Shown: positions 10,371 to 22,882, numbered from the whole stretch's first letter. The stretch is DNA of 53,528 nt, filler included, from Catajapyx aquilonaris (GCA_000934665.2; 2 parts of 2 records of this genome joined end to end with filler, not necessarily neighbours in it), one strand, 5' to 3'. Notes: generated by a model not told the origin, from the sequence alone. Program-made: numbers and translations.

Positions 10371-10983
10371 ATAACAAGCAAGTTAGGCAACTTGGCACCA
10401 CTTCAAATTGGGATGAAGCAATTCACTGTGTCAATCATTAAGGCCCATGAGCATCGTGGCACAAGTGTTGTGTACAACTTTCCATGCATATTAAATGGTC
10501 ATGTTATTCACATGTCGTGGTCTTTTATTTTCTAGACATGTTTGACCTACTCCACTTTTGTGCCATTTTTACATCCCGAACTCATCATTTGCCTGTATAA
10601 AACTGCACGGAATTCGAGGTTCATGCAGTGACAAGAAGTGACCCTACCAAATCAGCAAAATTTGAGTTCAAAATCCTCCACTTGCCGTTCCTGCTTGATC
10701 CACTCAAATTATTGGCTCACAGCAAGAAGACAATCAAATTGTGAAAGGAAAGGCCGGATCAGCCTTGAAAATTCCCTGGGGAATTCCTTGCCCATTCCGG
10801 CCCTGGAACACGGGATCTGAGGAGCCGTGTGCCGCCCTTGAAATCGGTTGAAACACTCCATTGCAGTGGTGATAGGTGGTATATTCTAATTTGCTTCACT
10901 TTTCATGTCCTCCTTTGCCCACGCTTATTGACAGAAATGGCACGGTGATTGCATGCACTCCACTCGTCTTGGGTTGCAGGACC

Positions 10984-12322
10984 ATGTCACAGGCAGTGTG
11001 GATTAAGACGGAAGAGGTGCAGGGAGGAGATGGGAACGTCGCAGTGGCGGAGGACACCTGGCATGACAAAGAGGAAGCTCCGGAATGGCTGGACAGTGAC
11101 TCGCCATCTACTCTCATAGAAGACAAGCTTCGTCAGATCAAGAAGGAGGAGGAGGAGGAGGAGGAGATGGTGGTGGCCATGCCTAGGGAGGATGAAGACG
11201 ACCCTTTAGGAGGAGAAAGGACTCGTGGGGTATGTATATGCTGAAATTGCAGTAAGATTTTACACTAAAATCACGCCAATCCAAATCCAACATCCAGGCT
11301 TAGAAAGATGGTTTGGGCATTTGCCACACTCCTGCTCTCTACTTATTCAACCACTTGATGTAAATTGTACCCCTTGAAACATTTGCATGATATATGTTTG
11401 CCATTTATACCAGATGAAATAAGCTGGGATTTTTCCCCCTGTAAGAGAGTACCTCAACCCTGGAACCGTGACGTGGGGTCTTTTTGGACCCCAAAGGAAT
11501 TAAAATGCATTAAAATGATAATTGCAATGAACTGTTGCCATTTTTTACAGTATATAACAGGAAGTGCATGTTTATTTTGAATTAGCGATCATTTTAGGCA
11601 TTTGGCCAAAGAATGATTGCATATAGTCAATACATTGAAAAGTAGTATGCAATAATGATAAAATAAGGTGGACAGCATCACACTATCCACACTACACAAT
11701 CAGAATTGATGTACTCTAATTAATATTCCAGGTTGTGCCAGTTAAAACTGAAAGCAGAGTAGAAGAGAATGGGATCCAAGAGGAAAGGAGCAGAGGAATA
11801 TGTGGTGGAAGAAGTTCATTTGAATGTAGAATATGCCATGTAATATGTGATACCCAGGATGGTTTGAATGTTCACATTGGTGAGTCGCATGATTACCGCT
11901 GCCACATTTGCCTGAAAAAATTGTGTGATTCATTTCATTTGAAAACTCACATGTGGATGCACTCAGGGGAAAAACCATTTGCATGCAATGTGTGCCAGAA
12001 AACGTTTGGTAATGTAAGTAATTTGAAAAGGCACATGCAAATTCATTCGGGAGAAAAATCTTTTACTTGTGAGATGTGCCAGAAAAAATTCCGTGATTCA
12101 TATTGCCTGAAAACTCACATTCAAAGTCACACAGGTGAGAAACCATTTGAATGTGAGGTGTGCCAGAAAAAGGTTCGCGATTCATATGCTTTGAAAATTC
12201 ACATGCGAGTTCATACGGGAGAGAGACCATTCACTTGTGATGTGTGCCATAAAAGGTTTAGTGAACTATATAAGCGGAAAGTTCACATGCGAATTCATGC
12301 AGGAGAAAAACCTGTGCCATAA
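10984..12322 (+). CDS. Unit D: divergent paralog, exons 10984-11229 + 11732-12322 (~278 aa, ~6 fingers)
   Basis: TTGCAG|GACC-ATG, donor GGG|GTATGT at 11229/11230, acceptor ATTCCAG|GTT at 11731/11732, phase 0; retains IKTE, PEWL, IKKEEEE and EDDPL. Confidence 0.8.
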
Positions 12323-12792
12323 TTATTATTTTTTGTAATCCGATAATATTGGACAGCTCGTGTAAATTCATACAGGAGAGAGACAGCCTGGTTGTGGAAA
12401 AAAATGCAATTAAATTTGGTACATTACACCGCTTGAGAATCTTTCCTTTTTTTCCAGTAATTCCACTAATTCGTCCCTTCTCTGATAAAATTGGATTGCC
12501 TATCATTTGGTAGCAAATAATTATTATTAGGCTCTAATTGCCAATTAATGTATTTTCAGATGTGCATCTTGCTTCGGACTTGCAAGAAAAAACTGATACC
12601 CCATTTCATGGAAAATCAGGAACAAATCTTACGTAAGGGGCAGTGTATCTCAAACTGATTAGGGAATGGACAAGAGATCCAATGGGCCCCTTTTTAGGGC
12701 GAATCTGCGCACAATTAAATTTTTTTTCTGAACGTACTAATCACTCAAAATAATTATGTACACTTTAAACGCCATTTATCAAAAGAAGTATG

Positions 12793-13007
12793 GCGAATGA
12801 CGAAAAGAGCTATTAGCGGACAGCAGCGTTACAAGTAGCGGCGATTATTCAGAGCAGGGTTATAGCGTCTAAGCCCGTCCTTCCACTCTCCGGCGTGTGG
12901 CGACAGGAACGCACCCTCATTTGCATAAAAAAGAAGAAAAAAAAAGAAGAAAAGATGGCCGCCTGATGAGCATCGGCGTCCATTCTCTTCGATTCTGTGG
13001 GCTTGAA
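12793..13007 (+). promoter_or_regulatory. Conserved promoter block and probable non-coding first exon, unit E
   Basis: 20-mer at 12897-12916, octamer ATTTGCAT 12919-12926, AAGATGGCCGCC-TGA (ATG 12955). Donor GAA|GTGAGT at 13007/13008 pairs with the acceptor at 13093 (86-bp intron). Confidence 0.7.
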
Positions 13008-13097
13008 GTGAGTTGATTCTTCGGCTGGTGGTCGGAGGGACTTGGACACTTGACATGGCTGTGCATGACACCTCCACTCCTTGTGTTTTGCAGGGCC

Positions 13098-15369
13098 ATG
13101 TCTTTGATCCTGAGGATAAAGAAGGAGGAGGAAGATTCTGATGATGGCGTGGTCACAACAGAGGAGGAGACACCGCCATGGTTGGAGAATGATTCTACGC
13201 TCTTAGAAGACATGCTTCGTGAGGTCAAGAAGGAGGAGGAAGCGGAGGAGGAGGAGGAGGAGGAAGAGATGGTGGTGGACATGGCCAAGGTGGTTGACGA
13301 TGAAGACGACCCTTTGGCAGTTGGATCAGGAAGGACTAGTGGGGTAAGTGGTTGGATGAAAGGGCATTATACCAGGGTTGATTCAAAAGGTATGGCGCAT
13401 ATTTATTTTATTTACAAACGGTAACACATACGGAGATGACCTTTGCTGATTTTTGAAGCTTATCTGGCGTACCGCCCATATCGCAAGGGGGCTGGAAAAC
13501 AAAATTGTATCGCGGACACCCTCGACGCACCTGTGCTCTAAGGTGCCTCCAGCCTGACACGCTTGGAGCTGCTGGACGCTGCATGCGAGACACTCAGCGA
13601 TGGACAACACTGGAGCTTGCTTTCGAGTGTGGGACAAGTCAGACCACTATGACCGGAGCCATGTGTCATCTATCGCCACAGACAGTTTTTAAAAACCATA
13701 GCCCTCAATGCGATAGAGTTCCAAGCGAGGGCAAAATGTCTGCACTTTTGCACCTCAAAGAGATGGCGAGGAACCAGCAACTTCCTGTGACCTTTCAGTT
13801 TGTCAGAGTCCTAAGCATAGTGCTCTGACTTGTCCCACACTCGAAATCAAGCTCCCGTGTTGTCCATCGCCGAGTGCAACATCCAACAGCTCCAAGCGCG
13901 TCAGGCTCGGGCCATCTCAGGGCGATGGTGCGGTGGGGAGTGACATTCCCTTTTTGTTTCCCCACTCCCCACTCCCCCCGCGATATGGGCAACATCTCTA
14001 TTCCAGATAAAATTGTAATCGCCGGATCTTCAAAACTCAGCAAAGGTCATCTTGGTATATCTTACAATTTTTGAATAAAAAAATACGGGCCATGAATTTT
14101 GAATCAACCCTCGTAATACTGCATTTTGCACCAGAGTAACAACAAATTACACTATCACATAACACAGTTTTTGACCATGGAAATTTATTGCTAGTTCCGT
14201 GTTCTACACTCCTGGCTTGTACTGACCCAGCATTCTGTCTGAACTCTGTTTTTGACCTTGGGGCACTCAAAAACCATAATTTACTGAAATATTGGGGTCA
14301 CGTGGGAAAATATGGGAGACATTTCGCAGGAATATCACTAATTTTCGGGGACCGTAGTTCTTGGGCATGTGGCCAATGGAATGCCATGCACTTTATTCTG
14401 GTTACATTATTGCTCCTGCAACACGTTACCACTGACATACCATCAGCATCACACTATTCATACTGAATAAACAAAATTAATGCACTGTTATTTACTTTCC
14501 AGGTTGTGCATGTGGAAACTGAAGGCGGAGCAGAAGAGGATGGGATACAGGAGGAAAGGAGCAGGGGAATACGTGATGGAAGAAATCCATTTGAGTGCAG
14601 AATATGCCAAATAATATTTGGTACTTTGCATGATTTGAATATTCACATGATAACTCGCAGTGAAAGAAACTGCTGCCATATTTGCCAGAGAAAATTTAGT
14701 CATTTATCTGATTTGAAAAGGCACGTGCGAATCCATACTGGAGAAAAACCATTCACATGTGAAGTGTGCCATAAAAAATTTCGCAAGTCAAACACTTTGA
14801 AAATGCACATGCGAATCCATACAGGAGAAAAACCATTTACATGTGAGATGTGCCAAAAAAAATTTTCTACTGCAAGTAATTTGAAGGTACACTTGGTAAT
14901 TCATCATACAAGAGAAAAACCATTTACTTGTGAGGTGTGCCAGAAAATATTTTGTCATTCAAGTAAGTTGAAGATTCACATGCGTATTCATTCAAGAGAA
15001 CAACCATTCACTTGTGACGTGTGCCAGAAAAAATTTAACCATCCAAGTACTTTGAAGGTACACTTGCGAATTCATACAGGAGAAAAACCATTCACTTGTG
15101 AGGTGTGCCAGAAAAAATTTAGTCATTCATGTAATATGAAAAAGCACAAGCAGATTCATACGGGAGAAAAACCATTTACTTGTGAGGTGTGCCAGAAAAA
15201 ATTTAGTTATTCATGTAATATGAAAAAGCACAAGCGGATTCATACGGGAGAAAAACCATTTACTTGCGAGGTGTGCCAGAATAAATTTAATACATTAAGT
15301 ATGTTGAAAAGGCACCTGCGAATTCATGAAGGGGAGGGGGAGATGGGCAGTACTGCACGTCCCCATTAG
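13098..15369 (+). CDS. Unit E: acidic-domain C2H2 zinc-finger protein, exons 13098-13343 + 14503-15369 (~370 aa, 8 intact + 1 degenerate finger)
   Basis: Donor GGG|GTAAGT at 13343/13344, acceptor TTTCCAG|GTT at 14502/14503, phase 0; last 13 codons are non-finger sequence. Confidence 0.85.
13372..14113. mobile_element. Mariner-like foldback MITE (742 bp) in intron of unit E
   Basis: TA-CCAGGGTTGATTCAAAA ... TTTTGAATCAACCCTCG-TA, long imperfect inverted arms (~280 bp). The paralogous introns of B and C show the empty site (GGGCATTATAAT). Confidence 0.9.
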
Positions 15370-15387
15370 TTGCGTGAAGACATAAGA

Positions 15388-16191
15388 GAAATTAGATCAA
15401 AAACTTTCCCTTCAGTAAAAAAAAGAGAAGTAAGACCTCCGCGGCGGAATGAAGGTACTGAAACAAGGCAGGCGCACGTAAGACCTTCACCAATTGATTT
15501 AAGCTGTACCATAGGTCTTACTCAAGCAATTCCCAATTCACTGCTCATGAAATCTCCTTTCTGAAACAAATCTTTGGAATTTCTGTCGTACTACTAGTTA
15601 CTTCTAACTTAGCAGTACCAGTGTAGTGCAATGGTACTGCTATAAGTTAGCAGTAACTACAGACCTATAGTTAATAGTAATTTAGTAGAACGTCGAAAAT
15701 TCCACCCATTAATTGTCCATGAGCCACTCCATATTAATGTTTTATGAAATTAGGAACTTCAATATTAAGCACATTGAATTTCTATGCGATTAGTGTGAAT
15801 TATTGCCATGATACATTCATGCAGAATCGTCACCTCTTTTAGATGCTGATTTTAACTCTCACGTTTAATTTTTCACATATAAACGTTAATTGGTGAATTT
15901 TAGAGGGTCTTTTTCGATTGGACCAAGTCTGTTAGGATGAGCTTAGTTTTTCCCCCATTTTTTTCTTTTCATAATAAAACCCTACCTATACTGCTCTGAG
16001 TAGTTTGCAGCAGTCATTTTACGAGACGTTCCATACCGTACTTGAGAATTGCTTGAGTAAGACCTATGGTACAGCTTAAATCAATTGGTGAAGGTCTTAC
16101 GTGCGCCTGCCTTGTTTCAGTACTTTTATTCCGCCGCGGAGGTCTTACTTCTCTTTTTTTTTACCGAAGGGAAAGTTTTTGATTTAATTTC
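15388..16191. repeat. ~150-bp inverted repeat pair (15388-15536 / 16042-16191), probably TE-derived
   Basis: Near-identical reverse-complement arms, each containing a GTAAGACCT..AGGTCTTAC hairpin; a separate imperfect palindrome at ~15576-15702 lies in the spacer. Confidence 0.85.
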
Positions 16192-16380
16192 AGTTATTTT
16201 TTGACAGTACACATAACTTATGCTCTACACTATACAGTCTGCACTATGAATGCATTGGAGACGATTTTCGTCGCTTAGAAGTCCCTAAAATTATTTTCAC
16301 AGAGACAGTCGTAAAAAAAACGAAAGTCGAGTGCTACCAGCCAACAGTTAGTCTGATTTAATTAGTCTGGCTTAATAGTA

Positions 16381-16819
16381 CAGTTGAATCCGCATACAAC
16401 AAACTTCAAGAGACTGCGGAAAAAGTATGTTATAACCGGGCCTGTTATAGCCGAATCATCATGCAACGAAAACACAAATTTCTGCTTTCAATATGGCTGT
16501 ACTATGCACTATATTAGACTACATACCGATTAATGAAATCTGTCACAAATGAAATATTGATGGCTCACCCGAAAATTATGCAGGACCAAAATATCTGAAA
16601 TTTCCTTCTGCCGTCTCCTTTTTGCAAATTTTATACCTGGAAAACAATACTGTATTTTCCCACCGAGGGTCCAAGAAATGGTCTGTTATACCCGAGGTGA
16701 GGTGAAAATGAGTCTGTTATATCAGGAGTGAAAATACACAGTGCCTAATGGAAGCATGCTGGGATGGCTTTTATAACCAAGTCTGTTATAGCCGAGGCTG
16801 TTGTATCCGGATTCAACTG
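16381..16819. mobile_element. pogo/Tigger-like MITE
   Basis: TA-CAGTTGAATCCGCATACAAC ... GTTGTATCCGGATTCAACTG-TA (19/20 TIR match, TA TSD), with internal TGTTATA(A/G)CCG repeats. Confidence 0.85.
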
Positions 16820-17689
16820 TAAATCTGTAATACGTGCAATGCGTTCACACCAGCGGCAGGGTAACATTTCGCTAATAACAATATGGCTAGTGGGTAAACA
16901 AGAATTGTCGTTTCTAGGTGATGGCGTCATGAACAAATGAAGTAATGACAGAAAAAATAAGAGGTAAAAAAATCACAGCTCCAATCCTGTAGCAGAGGGA
17001 ACTGTGAGATTTTGAACGTAGATCCGCACCATCCCAGTGCACCTTCGGCCCTTTGATGAAGGAACCGAATTCCGAATAGTTATTGAGCAAAAAAAATGAA
17101 AACGTATTTTTCAGTGGTCTCGAATTTTTTGCGTCGTTTTGAAGAGGAATGAAGTAAAAGTGTAAATGGTAGGAAATCAAGTCACGACGGTGGGCATCTG
17201 TGTTCAAAGTTTGGAAGCTCTACCTACAGCAGAACTTGAGTTAGGGCGAATAAAAAAAAACGTAACAACAAGAAGAAGAAGTAGGAAAAATTCATTGTTG
17301 AAACATTGTTGAAATCTATCCTATGGTCTTACTTAAGGGCTATCGCCCTTAAAATCCAATAACAGTTGGATTAGGACATACGGTACATAGACAAGAAGCA
17401 AAGTGGGAGAATAGGATCAATATAGTATGTATATATTCAACATATTCATCTGCTTCACTACATTGTACAGTAAGTTAAATAAATTTTGGACATTCATTAT
17501 ACTTGTATTACATCATATTTGCAGTTTTCATATTAGGTGCATTTGAGAAGGAGTAAAGGTATGTGAGGACGGGCAGTGTGAAGGATTGGCAATTGTTTAA
17601 CGACAAAAATCAAAATGGACCAGTGGGTTACAATATTCACGGGTAGGCCCATTACATTAATTATGACCTGGGATAAGATGGGCAATTTG

Positions 17690-17810
17690 GAAGGTGAGCT
17701 GTGAATAGCGCATAAGCCCGTCCTTCCACCTTGCTTGGTGTGGCGACAGGAACGCACCCCTCATTCGCATTAAAAAAAAAAGAAAAGGGAAATCAAAGAT
17801 GGCCGACTGA
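17690..17810 (+). promoter_or_regulatory. Conserved promoter/5' block, unit F
   Basis: ATAGCGCATAAGCCCGTCCTTCCAC, 20-mer at 17740-17759, CTCATTCGCAT, AAGATGGCCGAC-TGA (ATG 17799). Confidence 0.7.
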
Positions 17811-18144
17811 ATTTCCCGTTCTTTTTTTTGGTGGGTTCTTCTCTCCCCCTTGGTTATTCTCTGGAAGCCTCGCGGCGCTTGAAGCGTCATCCAGAGAGAG
17901 AGAGAGTGAATCGAATTCGCTTCAACCCGCCTCATTCCCTTGTCGCCTCGGCATGGAACTCTAGTGAAGGGTAGTGAGGATGGAAGATGAAGGAGGCGGG
18001 TTAGTTGATTGTCATTGCGTGCCTCTCTTATCATCTTCACTTTGCCCACACTTCTCTCAGAGAGGAAGTGTCCCTCTTCAGCTGCCCCTTGATTGTGGCA
18101 CGTGACATGATCCCATGACCTCCACTCTTTGTGTTTGCAGGACC

Positions 18145-21100
18145 ATGTCTTTGATCCTGAAGATAAAGAAGGAAGTGAAGGAGGAAGAAGGAACAATCAC
18201 AGCAGAGGAGGTGACTTGGAGGCTGCCCATGAAGGAGGAGACACCGCCATGGTTGGAGAATGATTCTACGGAAGACACACTCTGTGAGGTCAGGACGGAG
18301 GAAGCAGAGGAGGAGGAGATGGTGATGGCCGTGCCAAAGGTAGAAGATGAAGACGACCCTTTGGCAGGAGGTTCTGGATGCAGTGGTGTAAGTAAACTGC
18401 TGAAATTGCAATATTATTTTACCCTGAAGCGACACCAAATCATCCGAATCCAACACCCGGACATGGATGCACGTAACAAACACCTACCCTCCAGCTCTGC
18501 TTATTCAACCACTTGATGCAAATTGTTCCCCTTCCAACATCTGCATGATATTTGCCAATTTATCAGATAAGTGTTTTTTTCTGTAAGAGAGTATGGAACA
18601 TCATTTTGCTATGAATTGACATTGTTTTCTTCTCGTTGCATGCCTCTAGCCCAGACTGCTGCATGCTGATTAATGAAATCCATCGGAAATGCAAAATTAG
18701 CTCACTCGTCAATTACACAGGATCAAAAAAAATCTTTCATATTCTTCTTCCGTCTCCTTCTTCCTTTTTATACCAGAAAAAGAATGTGTTTGTACTTTCC
18801 GACAAGTGTAAAGGAGGGCCCCTTAAACTTGCTGTAGGCCATGTTCATCTCACTTCCAACTGCCAGGAGAGGCTAAGGATACAGTTCCTGAGCCTGTGGT
18901 CATTGAATTTGCATGTGTGTTGCAGACCTCTCAACTCTCTCGCATTGTGCGGGGGACTGCCGCATTCAGACCCCTTCCCCCCCCCCCTGCACGCATCATC
19001 ATTTCCGCCGCTAATTGTAGTTTTACTAAACTATACTAAATATCTCGCGAAACTTATGGTGGCAACAACTGTGCATGTATTAATTCCACAATGTTTGCAA
19101 AATTTGTTGTATATTTCACTAATTTATGCACATGTGAGACTTAAATTTCTCTCCTGCAGTAATCTCCGGATACACAGGAATATCAGTGTCAGTTTACATT
19201 GAAATTCCCCTCACTACTTACCAATCCCCCTCATTTTCATAGGCGGTAGCCCTCATTTGGTATCAGCCTAGTTGAGAGATCTGGTGTTGGCATCTACTAG
19301 GGCAACTCAGACGTGGTATAATGAAGAACTTGAGGGAATGGAGGCCACTGAAGGAGACCACCAAATAGACAGGAGTTTCACTAGTCAGTCCCCACAAAGA
19401 GCGAATTACATTTTTCCTCCCACTCTACCTAGAGATTTTATCGTTTTTGTCACTGTGCGGTATCCGAAAAGCGATGATATCTACCTTAATATCGATTGTA
19501 GAGAGATGTACATAGGGACTTAAATTAATTGGAGATGTGCACGGAATAGACGTAGGCCACCAAATATAATTTTATGTAATGCATTTAAAAAGTTACGCTA
19601 AATTTTACATTTACGTTTCCAAAAACGGTATTTTTATTTATTTTTACATTTTTCCTTACATAAATATATAGTCCTTTGTGTTAATTATCCCGTTAAAATG
19701 TCGATGGGGAATTCATAATTGGTCGAGATAAAAATTATCGAAATTGAAGGTACACCGCTCCTGCATATCTAGCTAGTGCCTTGAACGAACATTCATTGTA
19801 TTTTTTGGCCCAGTAAACAGGTTTAACTCATGTAAGTCTGGTGACTAATTTTCTTTAAACATTACAAATTCTGAACCAATTAATACTTTAGTCATTCAAT
19901 AATATTTTCCAAGGATTTTGTAATTATTATGATTACCATTACTTACTGGTAATCATAATAATTGACAAAATCATTGGAAAATTATTGAATAACTAAAGTA
20001 TTAATAGGTTCAGAATTTGTAATGTGTAAAGAAAATTAGTCACCAGACGAGATGATGTTGTCTTGGTTGTTAAATTGTGCCCAAGAGTGAAGAATATCCA
20101 TGTGCACCTCTTGTCGTCCTTGAGGAGTGGACGGCTGATAGTGTATGTCGCTTTGCATGCGTCTCTACAATCAGAGTATCTGTGAGACGCGCTTTCATAA
20201 AAAGGAATGTCTTCCAAATGCCAAAATCAGGTGGAAAGCTTCATACTTTCCATACTTCTTAATAGAAATAAATGTTCTGTAATTTACATTTCAGGTCCTG
20301 CATGTGACAAGGGAAGATGGAGTCAAAGAGAGTGAGGTGCAAGAGGAAAGGAGCAGAGGAATATGCCTTAGAAATCATCCATTTCAGTGCAGAATGTGCC
20401 AGAAACCTTGTGGCACCCAGCATGATTTGAAATTGCACATGATGATTCATAGTAAGAGCACTTATTGCCATATTTGCCGGATAGAATTTTCTGATTCAAA
20501 GCAGCTGAAGTCTCACAATCGAATTCATCCAGTCAAGGGGGCAGTTATTTGTGAGGTCTGCCAGAAAAAATGTAATAGTCCAAGGGATATGAAAAGGCAC
20601 ATGCGCATTCATACAGAAGGAAAACCATTCGCTTGTGAGGTGTGCCAGAAAAAATTTAATTACCCAAGTGATTTGGAAAAGCACAAGCGGATTCATACAG
20701 GAGAAAAACCATTTGCTTGTGAGGTGTGCCAGAAAAAATTTAATTGTCCAGGTGATTTGAAAAAGCACAAACGGATTCATACAGGAGAAAAACAATTTAC
20801 TTGTGAGGTGTGCCAGAAAAAGTTTTATTTTCCAGGTGATTTGAAAAAGCACAAGCGGATTCATACAGGAGAAAAACCATTTTCTTGTGAGGTGTGCCAG
20901 AAAAAGTTTCGTGATTCATGCAATTTGAAGGCACACATTCGAAATCATACAGGAGAAAAACCATTTACGTGTGAGGTGTGCCAGACAGGATTTTGTCATT
21001 CGACTCAGTTGAAAAATTACATGCAAACCCATACAGGAGAAAAACCATTTTCTTGTGAGGTGTGCCAGAAAACATTTAATTATCCAAGTGATTTGAAAAA

Positions 21101-21458
21101 GCACATGCGAATTCATACAGGAGAAAAACCATTTACTTGTGAAGTGTGCCAGAAAAAATTTAATCGTCCAAGTTATTTGAAAAAGCACAAGCGAATTCAT
21201 ACAGGAGAAAAACCTTTCACTTGTGAGGTGTGCCAGAAAAAATTTACTAATTCATATAATTTGAAAGTGCACTTGCGAATTCATACAGGAGAAAAACCAT
21301 TCACTTGTGATGTGTGCCAGAAAAGATTTAGTGATTCATGTAATTTGAAGGTACACTTGGGAATTCATACAGGAGAAAAACCTTTTACTTGCGAGGTGTG
21401 CCAGAAAAAATTTCGTAAATCAAGTAAGTTGGAAAGTCACATGCGAATTCATACATGA
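18145..21458 (+). CDS. Unit F: acidic-domain C2H2 zinc-finger protein, exons 18145-18387 + 20295-21458 (~468 aa, 13 fingers, eighth has His>Tyr)
   Basis: TTGCAG|GACC-ATG, donor GGT|GTAAGT at 18387/18388, acceptor ATTTCAG|GTC at 20294/20295, phase 0; stop TGA 21456-21458. Confidence 0.85.
18923..19283. mobile_element. hAT-like MITE in intron of unit F
   Basis: TIR CAGACCTCTCAACT / AGTTGAGAGATCTG (13/14); lies in a ~500-bp segment absent from the paralogous intron of G; only a partial flanking duplication (GTGTTG). Confidence 0.6.
19836..20048. repeat. 213-bp near-perfect AT-rich palindrome (foldback element)
   Basis: GTCTGGTGACTAATTTTCTTTA...TGATTACCA-loop-TGGTAATCA...TAAAGAAAATTAGTCACCAGAC, arms ~100 bp with few mismatches. 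Confidence 0.9.
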
Positions 21459-21699
21459 AAGAAACCTGCCTTTTTTTTAGCTTTGCCATTTTAAAAAAAT
21501 TATAGCGATTATAACAGAAAAGCTCATGTGAATTCATATAGGAACGATGCCACTGACTAATTTGACGGCATATAATCCCCCATTTCAGCAGATAATATTT
21601 ATAAATAAAGTCTGTATTGTGTTTACAGATATCAGCTGCAGGAAGACATTTTGAGCCATTTTTTTTGGAGACAAAAGAGTGTCTTGCATGCCGTCAAAT

Positions 21700-22118
21700 A
21701 CTGGTATTTGTGAATAACCATTCTCATGCAAAACATTTGAAAGGTCTCATTCAAATTTATACAGGAGAGAAGACACCCTGGTTGCAAAAATTGCTAATGT
21801 GCCTGAGATGGTTGAAAATGGAGGTGAACCTGTGTGTGTAAGGTCCAGAAATAAAAGTGGGGTATGTCATTCTCTAAAAAAGCGTCAAATGGTTTATCAT
21901 AGAAAATCATCTCGTGGCCCATTTGAGTAAACATGCGACACACTACAACATTATTTATGAAAATGAGCCCAACAGGAGCCACCTGAAAAAATTCAGCGAA
22001 TCAAATAAGTTGAAAATAATTCACATGCACATTCATACGGGTGAGAGACCATTTACTCGTGTAGTATGCCAGAGAAAACTTTGTCCATCAAGTACATGCT
22101 AATTCACCCAGGAGAGGG
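21700..22118 (+). pseudogene. Relics of fingers and of the acidic-exon end downstream of unit F
   Basis: IQIYTGEKTPWL then (other frame) VPEMVENGGEP..RSRNKSG|GTATGT at ~21745-21870; KKFSESNKLK..HMHIHTGERPFT at 21985-22060. Confidence 0.6.
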
Positions 22119-22581
22119 GAATAAGACGGCCAGTAGCACCACCTTATTAGTCGCATGATGGCATAAGAGAAATAAATGCAAATTCTTAAAAGTCAACCAT
22201 GCCTTTCTACAAGGTATGACTATTTTTATACTGGTTAAAATTACATCAGGACATTTTCTAGCAATTATTGAACTTTGGTACTTACATGACTATAGGCTTT
22301 AATAATTGTCAGTTTCATTGTGACTGCAAGACCGGAGTTTGAATGTTGCTATCATAATATCATAAGAGACCAACCAGGTGATATTTGGCATGAAATACGT
22401 CATGGGTATGCTAATGTTGCGAATCTTATTTGCATATAATCCATTTTTGAGTGGTTCACTTTCGTGTCACAGGCGGATGAATTACAAATAATGTCGAGTC
22501 AAACATATTCGCATGTGCCCATGACAAGACAAAGTCTGACCCGAATACATCGGAACCTTTTTTTAAAAAGTGAGAAGTGCA

Positions 22582-22882
22582 GCGAATGACGAAAAGAGCT
22601 ATTGGCGGATAAAAGCGTTACGAGTAGCGGCGACTGGGGAAGGAGCAATAGCGTCTAAGGCCGTCCTTCATCCACTCTCTGGTGTGTGGCGACAGGAACG
22701 CACCCTCATTTGCATAAAAAAGATGGCCGCCTGAAGAATTATTCTGTTTCGATTCTCTCTTCTTCTTTTCGTGTGAATGGAACTCGCTTGAACCCGTCGC
22801 CTGGATTCGATTGGAACCCCAGACGGGGGAGGGACTCTTCCCCTCTCGTCCACGCATCAATTGGCACTCTCGAGGAGGAAGG
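22582..22882 (+). promoter_or_regulatory. Conserved promoter block and probable non-coding first exon, unit G
   Basis: 20-mer at 22686-22705, octamer 22708-22715, AAGATGGCCGCC-TGA (ATG 22723), candidate donor AGG|GTGAGT at 22882/22883. Confidence 0.7.

Noticed and set aside
20496..21200. Antisense ORFs over the finger exons
   Set aside because: Shadows of the repetitive 84-bp finger units.
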